Positions 30,501 through 39,684 are shown, counted from the first letter of the stretch. The stretch: 59,275 bases of DNA from a virus (IMGVR_UViG_3300042860_000755:1-59275); one strand, 5' to 3'. A program made the numbers and translations. The notes: generated from the sequence alone by a model not told the origin.

Positions 30501-33500
30501 AAGAGCTGCGCGGCGCTGGGTTTGACATTGGTGGTGAACTTGGTGATGAAAAGGTCACAGGTTCCGCCATCTTTGGGCCAAAGATTGGATTTGGTTTCTA
30601 TTCCAATTTGAGCGGCAATTTTGAGCCTGTGACCATGGATATGTGGTTTATGAGAACCGTTGGTCGGTTGACGGGCAAGCTCAAGGGGTTTGACCAGAAA
30701 AAGTTTGATGATCAGTTAAAGCGATTCAGGGAGTCATTTTCCGACAGGGGCGAAGACGGCCTTTACGCTGATGAATTCAAAGACGAAGAGATTCAGAAGG
30801 CGATGGACAGTGTTGAGGGTGCAGTCAATCTGTCTAGAGTGGTTAACAGCGTTTTCAATTCAGACTTCAAGAACAACCGCGAACTGTATGACGAGGGCGC
30901 AAGAAAGAAGACTGATCTGGTCTATGCCGCCCAAAACATCATCAAGTCTTTTGATGCGCCTAAAGATGCCCCTCAGAACGGGACAGAGCGCAGACTATTG
31001 CGTGATGTTGTCGCCAGAACTGTTGACAAGGTTGCCAAAGCATATGGCAAGCGCATCCCGCCAGCATCTCTTCAGGCTTTGATCTGGTATCCAGAGCAAG
31101 AGTTGTACAAAGCTCTTGGTGTTAAGTTGCGCGTTACCAGTCAAGATTATGCTGGTGCGATCAAAAAACTTTTGATGAAGGAAGGCTACAATGAATCAAC
31201 AATTGATGGAGCCGCTAAATCAGGACCAAGAGCAGTACAACCAGTGGCTGGCAAACAAGTCCAAGCCGGAGTTGCGCCAACTGGCAAAAAACCTCAAGCC
31301 GTTTTTGAGCCAACTGAGCGAGAAGAGTTCCTCGAAAAGCGAAAAACAGAGCAAGTCTTAAAGCAGGAGCGTGAGGCTCCGCGCCGCAAGAAGGTTATTT
31401 TTGAGGTTGCTCCAGACCCCAACAACGTTGAGTTGACAGAGCGATGGAATGCTTTGCCTCAGGCAGATCGACTGCGCATTAGCAACAACATCTCAAAGAA
31501 AATCATTGAACAAGCCAAGGCTGACCTTGATTTTGATGGTCGCGTTGTTTCTCAGGTTGGGTCATACCTCAATGACACAAACCCGTCTTTTGCCCTATTT
31601 TTGGAAAAAGGCGATGCCGTAGAGATTTCCAAGTTTTTGGGGTATGCACTGTCGCAAGACAGCATGATGGTTGTGTCGCCCAAACCAGCCCCGGGCATGG
31701 AAAAAGTTGGGGCGGTTGTTGTTGATGTAAGAACTCAATCGCCTTCTGAAGTTGATGCCATTTATCAAAAGTTGCGTGAGATCAGTTTAAACGGTGAACA
31801 GCCGGTGGGCGGTCAGACCACCATGAATAACAAGATGATTGTCTTGAATTATTCAGGTGTTAAGACCGAAGAACTGGCCCAACTGATTGATAAAAAACTT
31901 GGCGGCACGTATGATGTGCAGTACACAGATGTGTATTCCGCCTTCCCCGAGAAAAAGGATTACGACTATGCCAGTCCAGAAAATGACCCCAGAGGAAAAG
32001 GCAAAGCTGTTCGGGAACGGGCTCGTGCTCTCCGGGCAGATGCGACCAAACTCCTTGAAGAAGAACTCGGAACAAAAGCCCAAGCCCCAGCAAGAGAAGA
32101 AAAATTCAGCCTGAAGGCACCCACCAGTCCTGAATTTAAACGGTGGTTTGGTGATAGCAAAATCGTCAACAAAGACGGTACGCCGATGGTCATGTACCAC
32201 GGGCTTGCAAAAGACACCACAGACTTCACCCGCAAGACTGAGCGCGGCGCACCAATCTTCCTGACGGACGACCCTGAGTTTGCTGAACGCTTCGCCGCAG
32301 ACAGCTACGAGAGCGTTGCCCGTAACCCTCAAAAATACCTGTCCAAACAACAGATTGATGGCGGGGTCAAGAGAGCGATTGCCGCAATCCGCAAGGACTA
32401 CGGCAAAGACACCCTTGGCTTGGAGATGATTGAGAGCCTGAAGACGGGCAATCTAAATGATGCAACCCCTGAAGCGCGGGAGTACATCCAGAAAGAATTC
32501 ATTGAACTGCTCCCGACTGGCCCGCACATCATGCCCATGTATGTCAGGGCAGAGCGTCCGTTTGACTACGAGAACCCCAGCCATATTCGCAAGGTCTTGG
32601 CTGAGTTAACTGAAGACGCCTATGACCCCGCAGACATTCGCTCCGGTAGCTGGGAGTCCATTGAGAACGCAGATTTCCAAGACGCCATCCAGAATGCTGG
32701 CTTTGATTCTTTCTACGTCAAAGAGCATGGGCGCAAGAACCTTGCCGTCTATCAGCCCAATCAGGTCAAGTCAGCCACCGGCAACGTTGGCACCTACAGC
32801 CTTGAGTCACCGGATGTGCGGTACAGCCTGCGGGGCGTAGCATTCCCAACCGCCAAAGAGGCTCAGGAAGCCACAGATGCCGTTAAGGTTCCCGACACGC
32901 CTGAGTTTAAACAGTACATCGCCGGAAGCCAGTGGGTTGACGAAGACGGCAAGGCCAAGAAGTTCTTCCATGCCACCACATCCAACTTCTTTGAGTTCAA
33001 TGACGGGGTCATCTACCTGTCTGACACCGCAGAAGAGTCAGCCAAGTGGGGCCGCATGGCAGAGGATCGTCTGCGCGAGAGGATTTACAAGGCCCTGAAC
33101 AAAGACGAGAAGCTGCCGTTCTTCCAGCAGGCGGTCGATCAGGCTGTGTCCAAGGACAAGATTACCAAGGCTCAGGGCGAGAAGTTCATGCGCGATGCAA
33201 CGCGCAATATTCCTGGCTTTGACAGCTACGACCTCATCAAGAAAGAGATGGATGACGTTCTGTTGTCACTGTCTCCTGAGCGGATGAAGATCATGCCGCT
33301 GTACGCCCGCGCCATGACTCCGTTTGACTTCAGGAACAAAGAACATGTCCAACAGGTAATAAATGCCTTTGACTACACGGAGACGATGGACCGCAAGGTT
33401 GGTGAAGTAGCCAAGCAGATAAACAAGCAGATTGGCGGCGCACCAACTGTCAATGTTGAGCACATCCTTGATGGTCTGAAAGGCATCTTGGCGCAGGGTT

Positions 33501-36500
33501 ACCCCAAGGTGGTTGAGCGCCCAGACATCATGCGGACGATTCGCAAGCTTGGCTTTGATGGCTATGTGGTTCGCCGCAACCGCACAGCCCCAATGTCTTA
33601 CGCTGTGTTTAAACCGGAACAGGTTAAGTCCATCACCGGCAACGATGGCCAATTCAGTCTTGAGACCAAGGATGTCCGGTACAGCTTGAGCAGGGTGCGC
33701 TACACGCCCGAGCGGTTTGAAAAGCTGCTCTCTGAGTCCGCTTACAGCAACGACACAACGACCAAGGGCTACATGGCCTTTGTCGATCCGATGGACTTTG
33801 TGAAGGCTACCTCAACACAGCAAGAGTTTGATCGGGTCAAATCAGAGCAAGAGCCTTTGGACTTTGCGAGGATGAGTGGGCTGGCAGATGAGCCCAAGAT
33901 GTTTGTCTCCAAGCGTGGCGATGAATGGAAAATTCTTGATCATGAAGGCCGCCACCGAATGCTTGCCATGCATGATGCTGGCTACAGAAGCGTGCCCGTT
34001 TACATTCAGTTTTATTCTGGAATTGAAGATGCCAAGACCATTCCGGTCAAGGCGATAAACGGGCAAACTGGAGCAATCAATTCAATCGTCATGGTTGCCG
34101 AGGCGGAGCCTCTCTCATACGCCAACAAAGACAGGGCGATGAAGAAGTTCACCGGCATGGACAGCGATGTCAAGTACAGTATGCCGACCTTGTCCAAAGA
34201 CACTGTGGACAGGATTAAGGAAGTCGCTCCGCAAAGGTATCAGCCGGGCTGGAAAGAACGAGTCATTGGTGGGCTTAAACCTGACTACACGGAACTGCGG
34301 CAAAGGTTTTTGAATAGATACGAAACGTTTGCAAATTACGACGAGCGCAATCAAGCAAAGATCAGAGCGGCTGGCGGCCCTGAGCTTTTGGCCGATCAGA
34401 GGGCAGAGTTTGCAGCCCTTCAGTCAGACCTGTCTGCTGGCGTTGCAGCCTCTGCCATGGGCATTGGAGACCGTCAGGGTGGTATTCCCGTCTACCGTAA
34501 CGGCTTCACCACCATTGACACCAGCGTCAAGGGTTTGACCGAGGCTTTGGCTCCACTGGCCAAGTACGACAAGCCAACCAGCACAGAGGACACCGACATT
34601 TATTCCAAGTATCAATTTTGGGCTGGATGGAAGCGTGGCCGCAGGCTGTTGCGCGAGGGCAGGGAGCAGGTTTACACGGCAGCAGATGCAAAGCGAGCCC
34701 AAGAGATTGAGAACAACCACCCCGAGTTCATTCAGGTTCAGAAAGACCTGATCGCGTTTAACAACGGGATCGTGAACTATGCCGTTCAAACAGGAGTCTT
34801 GAGCCGTGAAAGAGCGCAGCTTTACACTCAGTACGCGGATTACATCCCCTTCTACCGCCAGTTGGACTTGGACAAGACCATTGGGCCTAACCCCTTTGGT
34901 GGTATCAGCGGGGTTAAAGGACCAAAAGAACTCAAAGGCGGCGAGTCCCCTCTTGGTGATTTCTTGGAGAACATGGTCCGTAACACCCAGTCCATGATCA
35001 ATGCTGGGATGAAGAACGCAGCAGCCCAACGGGCCACCAAGGTTGCGTTAGAGATAAAAGAGGTGGAACGCCTGCCCGGCAAAGCCGACGGTCTTGGATT
35101 TGATGTTTACACGCAGCTTGAGAATGGCCAACTGGTTTACTACCGCTCATCTGACTCCCTCTTCATTGAGGCCCTGAAGAGCCTGAACATGCCTGATCTG
35201 CCCTTCATGGGGCTGTTGTCTGCGCCAGCCAACGTTCTTCGGAACTTGGTGACCAAAGACCCAGGCTTCATGATGGCCAACCTGTTGCGCGATTCGCTGT
35301 CGTCCTACGTCACCAGCGGTCAAAAGATCACCCCAATCGTTGGGACCATGGTCAACTTCGGCAAGGCTCTGTCTGCAAAGGACAAGAACCTTCAGGCTCT
35401 GTTTAACGCCGGGATCATTGGCGGGTATGAGTTCAGCCAGAACATTGAGCAGTCTGGCCAATCGTTGAGTGACGACCTGAACAAAAAGGCTGGCAAAGAC
35501 GCAATTCTTCTGCGCCCGTTTAAATCGCTGTGGGAAGGGTTGGAGAAAGGCACGACCGCCTCGGACGCCGCGACCCGTATGGCCGTTTACGAGCGCGTGA
35601 TGAAAGAGACCGGCAACGAGGCAGAGGCCATCTCCAGGGCGCTTGAGGTGATGAACTTCAACCGCAAGGGTAACTCTGTCCTGATCCGCATCGCCACCGC
35701 AGCCCTGCCGTTCTTCAACGCCCGCTTGCAGGGTCTTGACCTGTTCTACCGCGCCTCGACGGGGCAGATGAACACTCAAGATGCCAAGGAAATCAAAAAG
35801 CGATTCTGGATTCGCGGCATGACCATGTCCGCACTGTCAGTCATGTACTACCTGTCAGTGGCCGATGATGAAGAATACGAAAAGCAGGAAGAGGAAACCA
35901 AAGACAACAACTGGATTTTCCCCATCTTTGGCATTCGCATTCCAATCCCGTTTGAGGTCGGAACACTGTTCAAGACCATGCCCGAGCGGATCACGGCCTA
36001 CCTGATGGGCAATGACACGGGCAAAGAGCTTGGTCAATCCACCCTCAGAGCCTTGGCCAACACATTCGCCCTCAACCCGATTCCTCAGACGTTTAAACCA
36101 ATCATTGAGGCGGCCACCAACTACAACTTCTTCACCATGCGGCCCATCGTTGGTCAGGGTATGCAAGAGGTTGAGGCCAGATTCCAAGTTGGTCCGGGTA
36201 CGTCAAAGTCGGCAGAGTACATCGGTGGCATCCTCAACCTGTCCCCACTTAAAGTGGATCAGGTCATCAAAGGCTACACCGGAACGATTGGCGGGTACGT
36301 CACTGACGTTGTTGACTCCATCACCAGCCAGTTCTCTGATGTGCCCAAGGCATCGCTGCGGTTCGAGCAGTTGCCCGTGGTTAAACGGTTTGTCTCTGAC
36401 CCCGAAGCCCGTGGGTCCGTCACGCAGTTCTATGAGTTGCAGCGTTCAGTGGATACCGTGGTCCGAACCATGAGTCTGCTGGAGAAGACCGCAAGGCCAG

Positions 36501-36730
36501 AAGAGTTCGCCAAGTACCTTGAAGACAACATCGGACTCCTCGCGGTCAAAGACTACGTCCGAGAAATCGAGAAGAGCATGAAAGAGCTTCGGGAAATGCG
36601 GCGAACGATCAACTCCTCACCCATGGAGCCAGATGAAAAGCGCGACATCCTGATTGATCTGGGCAGGATGGAGAACAACCTGACCGCCAACATCGGACAG
36701 GTCAAGAAGGCGATCAGCGAACTGAAATGA
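27593..36730 (+). CDS. Giant polyvalent protein (HExxH peptidase, glycosylase-like, two ART-like, ParB-like, LPD38-like domains)
   Basis: RHEALH; FGPKIG...VTMDMW...QALIW; FKRWFGDSKIV..DG.P...YHG and a second copy; EGRHR; PFFNARLQG and RIPIPFEVG. Confidence 0.75.
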   Translation: MTIRAELADGRVLEFPDGTDPGVIQATVKRMIAAPQGAQDFSQVPTAELEAMPSAPTSISDIARSLGIGVVGGAKALTDVFGAGSTASEYLGETARELQKGLTPARQAEIAKRQELEKRAAESGDTLKEVKTFLGGVAEAPLQSLVQGVGSSAPTLLASLAAIPAGAPAGLALGVGIISRAALGAAQGVGEQKGSILDEVEQAYIKAGYEKEQARELALKAQEYSQDKALQFGGAALLGALDAFTGMESGVSKAARAAASKKIAGATADKIVEGLPEKELARPGVIGSAARSAIGEAPLEGVQGGYGQYSTNLALIKEGLLDPDLAMQGVYGAAARDAAVGALTGAAFTPVEQANRMREYQMDQALRQQQDAGLAVSEEELAQRFPDVLPGGFKINREELGTETVPQGFSIMAEGRDEPLSVVDTQDEANAKLEALTKIREQEREKILKDEEKINADVKKSRDRLEYLEATEQTGTDEYQSLKAELPNLMDESAQKIKDLYERSESLSKPLTVMPFGEAQRVNEQFNVLGPDQKPVGTFKTIGEAEAVVTKAVGEDVFKQTQQNRETAKELYKTFVPQMRKFGLGDVGLNIVDRIENGAGGAYLNKLIKVSLEEANPVQTMRHEALHAMKDLGFFKPQQWKALEDRANKQWIKELKEAKYDEKQSRYDAYVDLFTKEGEQKGLSGKELDQYVNEAVVEEAIADAFGAYDKGAKPPPGMIASLYKKIKDFFASLGQAFRGAGFQSADDIFQNIERGRLKPAAEAKPVAEEKLSLRVANKVGKQLDLAKEEIDSTSISLQTGKAGVDQFKKQPVGGLPQVVQFLENRRKASGLKNLDITSEEDREELAKLMAAEAMAAINAGGNALQWYDSVIDSMMNMASLKYPELATNEDNKAALRMAIAIASQGLNVEDNLTFAMSQYDYFRQNGRFKETGSGADGAAMKSNFTLANQMIEQYGLTDLRKFLQTEFTVEELRGAGFDIGGELGDEKVTGSAIFGPKIGFGFYSNLSGNFEPVTMDMWFMRTVGRLTGKLKGFDQKKFDDQLKRFRESFSDRGEDGLYADEFKDEEIQKAMDSVEGAVNLSRVVNSVFNSDFKNNRELYDEGARKKTDLVYAAQNIIKSFDAPKDAPQNGTERRLLRDVVARTVDKVAKAYGKRIPPASLQALIWYPEQELYKALGVKLRVTSQDYAGAIKKLLMKEGYNESTIDGAAKSGPRAVQPVAGKQVQAGVAPTGKKPQAVFEPTEREEFLEKRKTEQVLKQEREAPRRKKVIFEVAPDPNNVELTERWNALPQADRLRISNNISKKIIEQAKADLDFDGRVVSQVGSYLNDTNPSFALFLEKGDAVEISKFLGYALSQDSMMVVSPKPAPGMEKVGAVVVDVRTQSPSEVDAIYQKLREISLNGEQPVGGQTTMNNKMIVLNYSGVKTEELAQLIDKKLGGTYDVQYTDVYSAFPEKKDYDYASPENDPRGKGKAVRERARALRADATKLLEEELGTKAQAPAREEKFSLKAPTSPEFKRWFGDSKIVNKDGTPMVMYHGLAKDTTDFTRKTERGAPIFLTDDPEFAERFAADSYESVARNPQKYLSKQQIDGGVKRAIAAIRKDYGKDTLGLEMIESLKTGNLNDATPEAREYIQKEFIELLPTGPHIMPMYVRAERPFDYENPSHIRKVLAELTEDAYDPADIRSGSWESIENADFQDAIQNAGFDSFYVKEHGRKNLAVYQPNQVKSATGNVGTYSLESPDVRYSLRGVAFPTAKEAQEATDAVKVPDTPEFKQYIAGSQWVDEDGKAKKFFHATTSNFFEFNDGVIYLSDTAEESAKWGRMAEDRLRERIYKALNKDEKLPFFQQAVDQAVSKDKITKAQGEKFMRDATRNIPGFDSYDLIKKEMDDVLLSLSPERMKIMPLYARAMTPFDFRNKEHVQQVINAFDYTETMDRKVGEVAKQINKQIGGAPTVNVEHILDGLKGILAQGYPKVVERPDIMRTIRKLGFDGYVVRRNRTAPMSYAVFKPEQVKSITGNDGQFSLETKDVRYSLSRVRYTPERFEKLLSESAYSNDTTTKGYMAFVDPMDFVKATSTQQEFDRVKSEQEPLDFARMSGLADEPKMFVSKRGDEWKILDHEGRHRMLAMHDAGYRSVPVYIQFYSGIEDAKTIPVKAINGQTGAINSIVMVAEAEPLSYANKDRAMKKFTGMDSDVKYSMPTLSKDTVDRIKEVAPQRYQPGWKERVIGGLKPDYTELRQRFLNRYETFANYDERNQAKIRAAGGPELLADQRAEFAALQSDLSAGVAASAMGIGDRQGGIPVYRNGFTTIDTSVKGLTEALAPLAKYDKPTSTEDTDIYSKYQFWAGWKRGRRLLREGREQVYTAADAKRAQEIENNHPEFIQVQKDLIAFNNGIVNYAVQTGVLSRERAQLYTQYADYIPFYRQLDLDKTIGPNPFGGISGVKGPKELKGGESPLGDFLENMVRNTQSMINAGMKNAAAQRATKVALEIKEVERLPGKADGLGFDVYTQLENGQLVYYRSSDSLFIEALKSLNMPDLPFMGLLSAPANVLRNLVTKDPGFMMANLLRDSLSSYVTSGQKITPIVGTMVNFGKALSAKDKNLQALFNAGIIGGYEFSQNIEQSGQSLSDDLNKKAGKDAILLRPFKSLWEGLEKGTTASDAATRMAVYERVMKETGNEAEAISRALEVMNFNRKGNSVLIRIATAALPFFNARLQGLDLFYRASTGQMNTQDAKEIKKRFWIRGMTMSALSVMYYLSVADDEEYEKQEEETKDNNWIFPIFGIRIPIPFEVGTLFKTMPERITAYLMGNDTGKELGQSTLRALANTFALNPIPQTFKPIIEAATNYNFFTMRPIVGQGMQEVEARFQVGPGTSKSAEYIGGILNLSPLKVDQVIKGYTGTIGGYVTDVVDSITSQFSDVPKASLRFEQLPVVKRFVSDPEARGSVTQFYELQRSVDTVVRTMSLLEKTARPEEFAKYLEDNIGLLAVKDYVREIEKSMKELREMRRTINSSPMEPDEKRDILIDLGRMENNLTANIGQVKKAISELK

Positions 36731-37013
36731 TGCCCTGATCGAAGAGCCAGCCAATGGTTTTTCGATGGGCCTCATCCCATATTTCCCGCTTTTGATCTCG
36801 GTTCCACATGAACCCCTGATCGATCTGGAAGTGGCAGAGATGGCAGAGTGCGGCTATCCGGTAGTCATGGGCCTTCAGGCCCCGTCCTTTGCCGTCACGC
36901 AGTTGGTTTGAGTGGGCGGCAACCACGGTGCCATCCTGAGCCCCGCAGTGCATACATGGGCACTCACGCACGGACTCCAGCAGCTTTTTGCTGCGGTACA
37001 TCGTTGACTTCAT
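36714..37013 (-). CDS. Zn-binding putative nuclease (DUF1364/YbcO-like)
   Basis: CMHC..TVVAAHSN..GKGRGLKAHD..CHLCH. Confidence 0.7.
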   Translation of the reverse strand: MKSTMYRSKKLLESVRECPCMHCGAQDGTVVAAHSNQLRDGKGRGLKAHDYRIAALCHLCHFQIDQGFMWNRDQKREIWDEAHRKTIGWLFDQGIISVR

Positions 37014-37216
37014 TTACTTCGGTTCTCGCGGTCTCTTGCAAGAGCAAGCATGAGCCTGTTGGGGTAGTTGTTGGCGGCCATGATTCGTGAGATGTAAGTG
37101 CCCACGGTTCTTGGCGACATCCGAAGCTTGCGGGCCACAAGGTCTGTCTCTCCCAGCTCACACAACGCGTCGAGCACGCGAGCCTCGTGCTCAGACAGTT
37201 TTAGTGGTTTGGGCAT
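37010..37216 (-). CDS. LuxR-type HTH protein
   Basis: LSEHEARVL...VARKLRMSPRTVGTYISRI. Confidence 0.7.
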   Translation of the reverse strand: MPKPLKLSEHEARVLDALCELGETDLVARKLRMSPRTVGTYISRIMAANNYPNRLMLALARDRENRSK

Positions 37217-37217
37217 G

Positions 37218-37472
37218 TCATTTGTTCGCAGGGCATTCACGCCCTTGCTTGCAGTTGTTGTTGCAAGGCGGGCAAGTGGTTGATGGGGCCACTATTTTCA
37301 TGAGTTCTTCTGCGGCGCGTTGCATGGTGTAGTCAAACGTCCATCGGTGCTTGGGGTCAAGCCTGCACATCGCCTCGTAGATGGGTTTGGCAAGGCCCCA
37401 CAGTTGATCTCTCTGGCGCAGGACACAGGCTGGCCGTTGACACCCAAAGTGGCAGGAATGGATGTCGTTCAT
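37218..37472 (-). CDS. Hypothetical Cys-rich protein
   Basis: CHFGC and CPPCNNNCKQGRECP; TAATG coupling. Confidence 0.5.
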   Translation of the reverse strand: MNDIHSCHFGCQRPACVLRQRDQLWGLAKPIYEAMCRLDPKHRWTFDYTMQRAAEELMKIVAPSTTCPPCNNNCKQGRECPANK

Positions 37473-37651
37473 TACCACGCCCCCTCATCAAACTCACTTT
37501 CATTTGCCATCGCAAACTCCATCAGTTGTTTAACCACGCTCGGCGTGATCTTCACCACCGCCCCCTCGCCGTCTGTGAATCTAATCCAGTCACCGTAGAC
37601 CTCAAAGTCTTTTGCGCCGTCAATCTCAGCGCCGTCATCATTAACAATCAT
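37472..37651 (-). CDS. Hypothetical protein (59 aa, not in ORF track)
   Basis: MIVNDDGAEIDGAKDFEVYGDW...; start and stop both overlap neighbouring genes. Confidence 0.55.
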   Translation of the reverse strand: MIVNDDGAEIDGAKDFEVYGDWIRFTDGEGAVVKITPSVVKQLMEFAMANESEFDEGAW

Positions 37652-37980
37652 TTCTTCACTCCAAAGGCTTCGCGGATCAGGTCCGCAGAATGAAACGGCT
37701 CGGCTTCGTGGGCAATCTCAGCGCAGCGGTCTGCGACTTGCCACTCCAACTCTCTGAGCAGGTCTTTAACCGTGTCGCCGTGGCCGGTAGCGTAGCTGTG
37801 GTCGATCATCCACTGAGCCACCTTGTTGCGCTCGGCTGCGGCTACAAGGGCGGCGAAGCGCTCAAGCTGTGTATCAACGGCATACCCACCATAGAACAAG
37901 CAATTGGGCTGATGCTTGTAGCTCTCTTCGCAGAACATGAACCCAGCCTCACGCGCCCATTTGATGACGTCTTCTTTCAT
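37648..37980 (-). CDS. Hypothetical protein
   Basis: WAREAG...LERFAALVAAAER family; ATGA coupling. Confidence 0.6.
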   Translation of the reverse strand: MKEDVIKWAREAGFMFCEESYKHQPNCLFYGGYAVDTQLERFAALVAAAERNKVAQWMIDHSYATGHGDTVKDLLRELEWQVADRCAEIAHEAEPFHSADLIREAFGVKK

Positions 37981-38201
37981 TTCTCATCTCTCCATGTGCC
38001 ATCTTTAAAGATGAACCGTGTAAACAGCAGGTTCCATGCTTTGTCGTAGTGAACCACCATGCATGGCAGTTCTCTGAATGCAGGCCCGGTTGGTTGAAGA
38101 CACAGACCACTTTTTTGTTGATGCGGGAAGTAGTACATGGTTGTGTGTGCTTCCTTGGGTGTATCTGGTGGTGTGATGAAGTCGTACAGATCGCGTTTCA
38201 T
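37977..38201 (-). CDS. Hypothetical protein
   Basis: Coupled small ORF, MKRDLYDF start. Confidence 0.5.
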   Translation of the reverse strand: MKRDLYDFITPPDTPKEAHTTMYYFPHQQKSGLCLQPTGPAFRELPCMVVHYDKAWNLLFTRFIFKDGTWRDEK

Positions 38202-38203
38202 GC

Positions 38204-38389
38204 TTACCCCCTTGCTCGGATCGCGGCGGCGTATGTCGGCCAAGCCAACAAAATGTTTTTGTCCTCACACACCTTCGCACACGCCTCACGCTCGTCAGTT
38301 TGTCCTTTTTTGTAAGCGTTCTCAGCCATCGCGACTGCATCAGATGCAAGCATCCAAAGATCGCCATCAAACATTTTTGCTGGTGTCAT
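38204..38389 (-). CDS. Hypothetical protein
   Basis: EREACAKVCE...AAAIRARG motif. Confidence 0.55.
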   Translation of the reverse strand: MTPAKMFDGDLWMLASDAVAMAENAYKKGQTDEREACAKVCEDKNILLAWPTYAAAIRARG

Positions 38390-38676
38390 TCTTGCCCCCT
38401 CGCCTTGAGCATGGCGTCGGCCATCTCATATGCAGTTTCAGCAACGAGCATTTTCATATCGGGCGAAAAATCAGCTCTATCATCTTCAGCTCTTACTTCA
38501 GCATCACTAGCATCTGGGTGAAAGTAATCATTCATCCAAAACTGATACGAAATTGGCACAGCCTTGGCTGCGAAGTAGTCCCTGAGCGTCATGCCTTCTG
38601 CATACCCCGTAGCCACCGGCACTACGGCTTTGTAGTTCTTGGTTGGAAACGCTGGCCCGCCTGTGTCTTTATCCAT
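38386..38676 (-). CDS. Hypothetical protein
   Basis: GGPAFP...GMTLRDYFAAKA...AYEMADAMLKAR, a common phage family. Confidence 0.7.
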   Translation of the reverse strand: MDKDTGGPAFPTKNYKAVVPVATGYAEGMTLRDYFAAKAVPISYQFWMNDYFHPDASDAEVRAEDDRADFSPDMKMLVAETAYEMADAMLKARGQE

Positions 38677-38923
38677 GATTCTTCTCCCTCAAATAAAACG
38701 CCATCGCAATGCGGTATGGGTCAAGCATTGGAAGCGGTCGGTCGTTGAAGTAATAATACTTTGGCTTGCTCTCATCAACAAAAGTGCCATCATCAGTGTG
38801 ATACCTTGTTTCCTCAACCCGAATGGTGTAACCCTCCAGCCGTGCCACCGCCAACTTCAACTCAAGGCTGCCAATCGGCACATAGTTCTTGATGGTGTCG
38901 TATTTCCCAATCAGTTCAGTCAT
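38669..38923 (-). CDS. Hypothetical protein
   Basis: AAGGAG RBS; coupled. Confidence 0.5.
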   Translation of the reverse strand: MTELIGKYDTIKNYVPIGSLELKLAVARLEGYTIRVEETRYHTDDGTFVDESKPKYYYFNDRPLPMLDPYRIAMAFYLREKNHG

Positions 38924-39081
38924 GTGTTCTCCTTCACCAACCCAAGGGCAACCCACCACTTCATTGCGTTTGCACAGTCGCGCTTATGCCATGCGGGCAG
39001 TGTTTTGTATGTAGCCGCTATGCCGGGCCATCGTGCCACATACATTTCGTATTGCTTTTGCCAGTAAGGTATGTCGCTCAT
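38920..39081 (-). CDS. Hypothetical protein (53 aa, not in ORF track)
   Basis: MSDIPYWQKQYEMY...KENT; AAGGAG RBS; ATGA overlaps at both ends. Confidence 0.5.
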   Translation of the reverse strand: MSDIPYWQKQYEMYVARWPGIAATYKTLPAWHKRDCANAMKWWVALGLVKENT

Positions 39082-39269
39082 GTGTTCTCCTTCAGGTACT
39101 TGTCTACCTTTTCTTGCTCATACTTCGCGTATTTTTGAGCCGCCTCCCAAAACCCAATCAAAGAGTCTTGGTTAACAAGCCACGCAAAGCTGCGTATCTC
39201 GGGCGTCAACTCTTTGATGCCAGCCTCGGCGGCAAGGCGATCAAGTTTCTCAGTCAGTCGTGGGGTCAT
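39078..39269 (-). CDS. Hypothetical protein
   Basis: Coupled ORF ending KENT. Confidence 0.5.
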   Translation of the reverse strand: MTPRLTEKLDRLAAEAGIKELTPEIRSFAWLVNQDSLIGFWEAAQKYAKYEQEKVDKYLKENT

Positions 39270-39481
39270 GTGTTCTTCTCCTTGAGTTCGTCGATCCGAT
39301 TTTGCATACTTGCCGCTATTCGAAAGCCGGATAGCCTGCAAATAAGTTCGTCGCAGAGTTTTGTCAGTCGCTCAATCTCCGCGTGCTGGCGGCGTAGTTC
39401 GGCTTCAACTTGGTTATGCACAGTCGTATTCCATGTGCGGCACCAATCAGCCAGCCGCAGGGCTTCTGGTTGTGTGCTCAT
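39266..39481 (-). CDS. Hypothetical protein
   Basis: QPEALRLAD...AELRRQHAEIERL family. Confidence 0.55.
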   Translation of the reverse strand: MSTQPEALRLADWCRTWNTTVHNQVEAELRRQHAEIERLTKLCDELICRLSGFRIAASMQNRIDELKEKNT

Positions 39482-39684
39482 TCTCCACTCCCAGCGATCC
39501 ACACGGCAGTGCCACCAGTGTGTTCAAAGTCTTCTGTCTTCAGTCGGATGTAAGCCTGCCCGTTTACACCAGCATTTTGGACATAGCCTTGGATGCCCCA
39601 AGACTTGACCTCAGTGACCACAACTAAGCAGGCACCAAACATCTCTTTGTCAGGGTTGACTTGTACGATGTCGCCAATGTTCAT
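39478..39684 (-). CDS. Small SH3/KOW-like protein
   Basis: IGDIVQVNP...VVTEVKSWGIQGYV; GGAGG RBS. Confidence 0.6.
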   Translation of the reverse strand: MNIGDIVQVNPDKEMFGACLVVVTEVKSWGIQGYVQNAGVNGQAYIRLKTEDFEHTGGTAVWIAGSGE

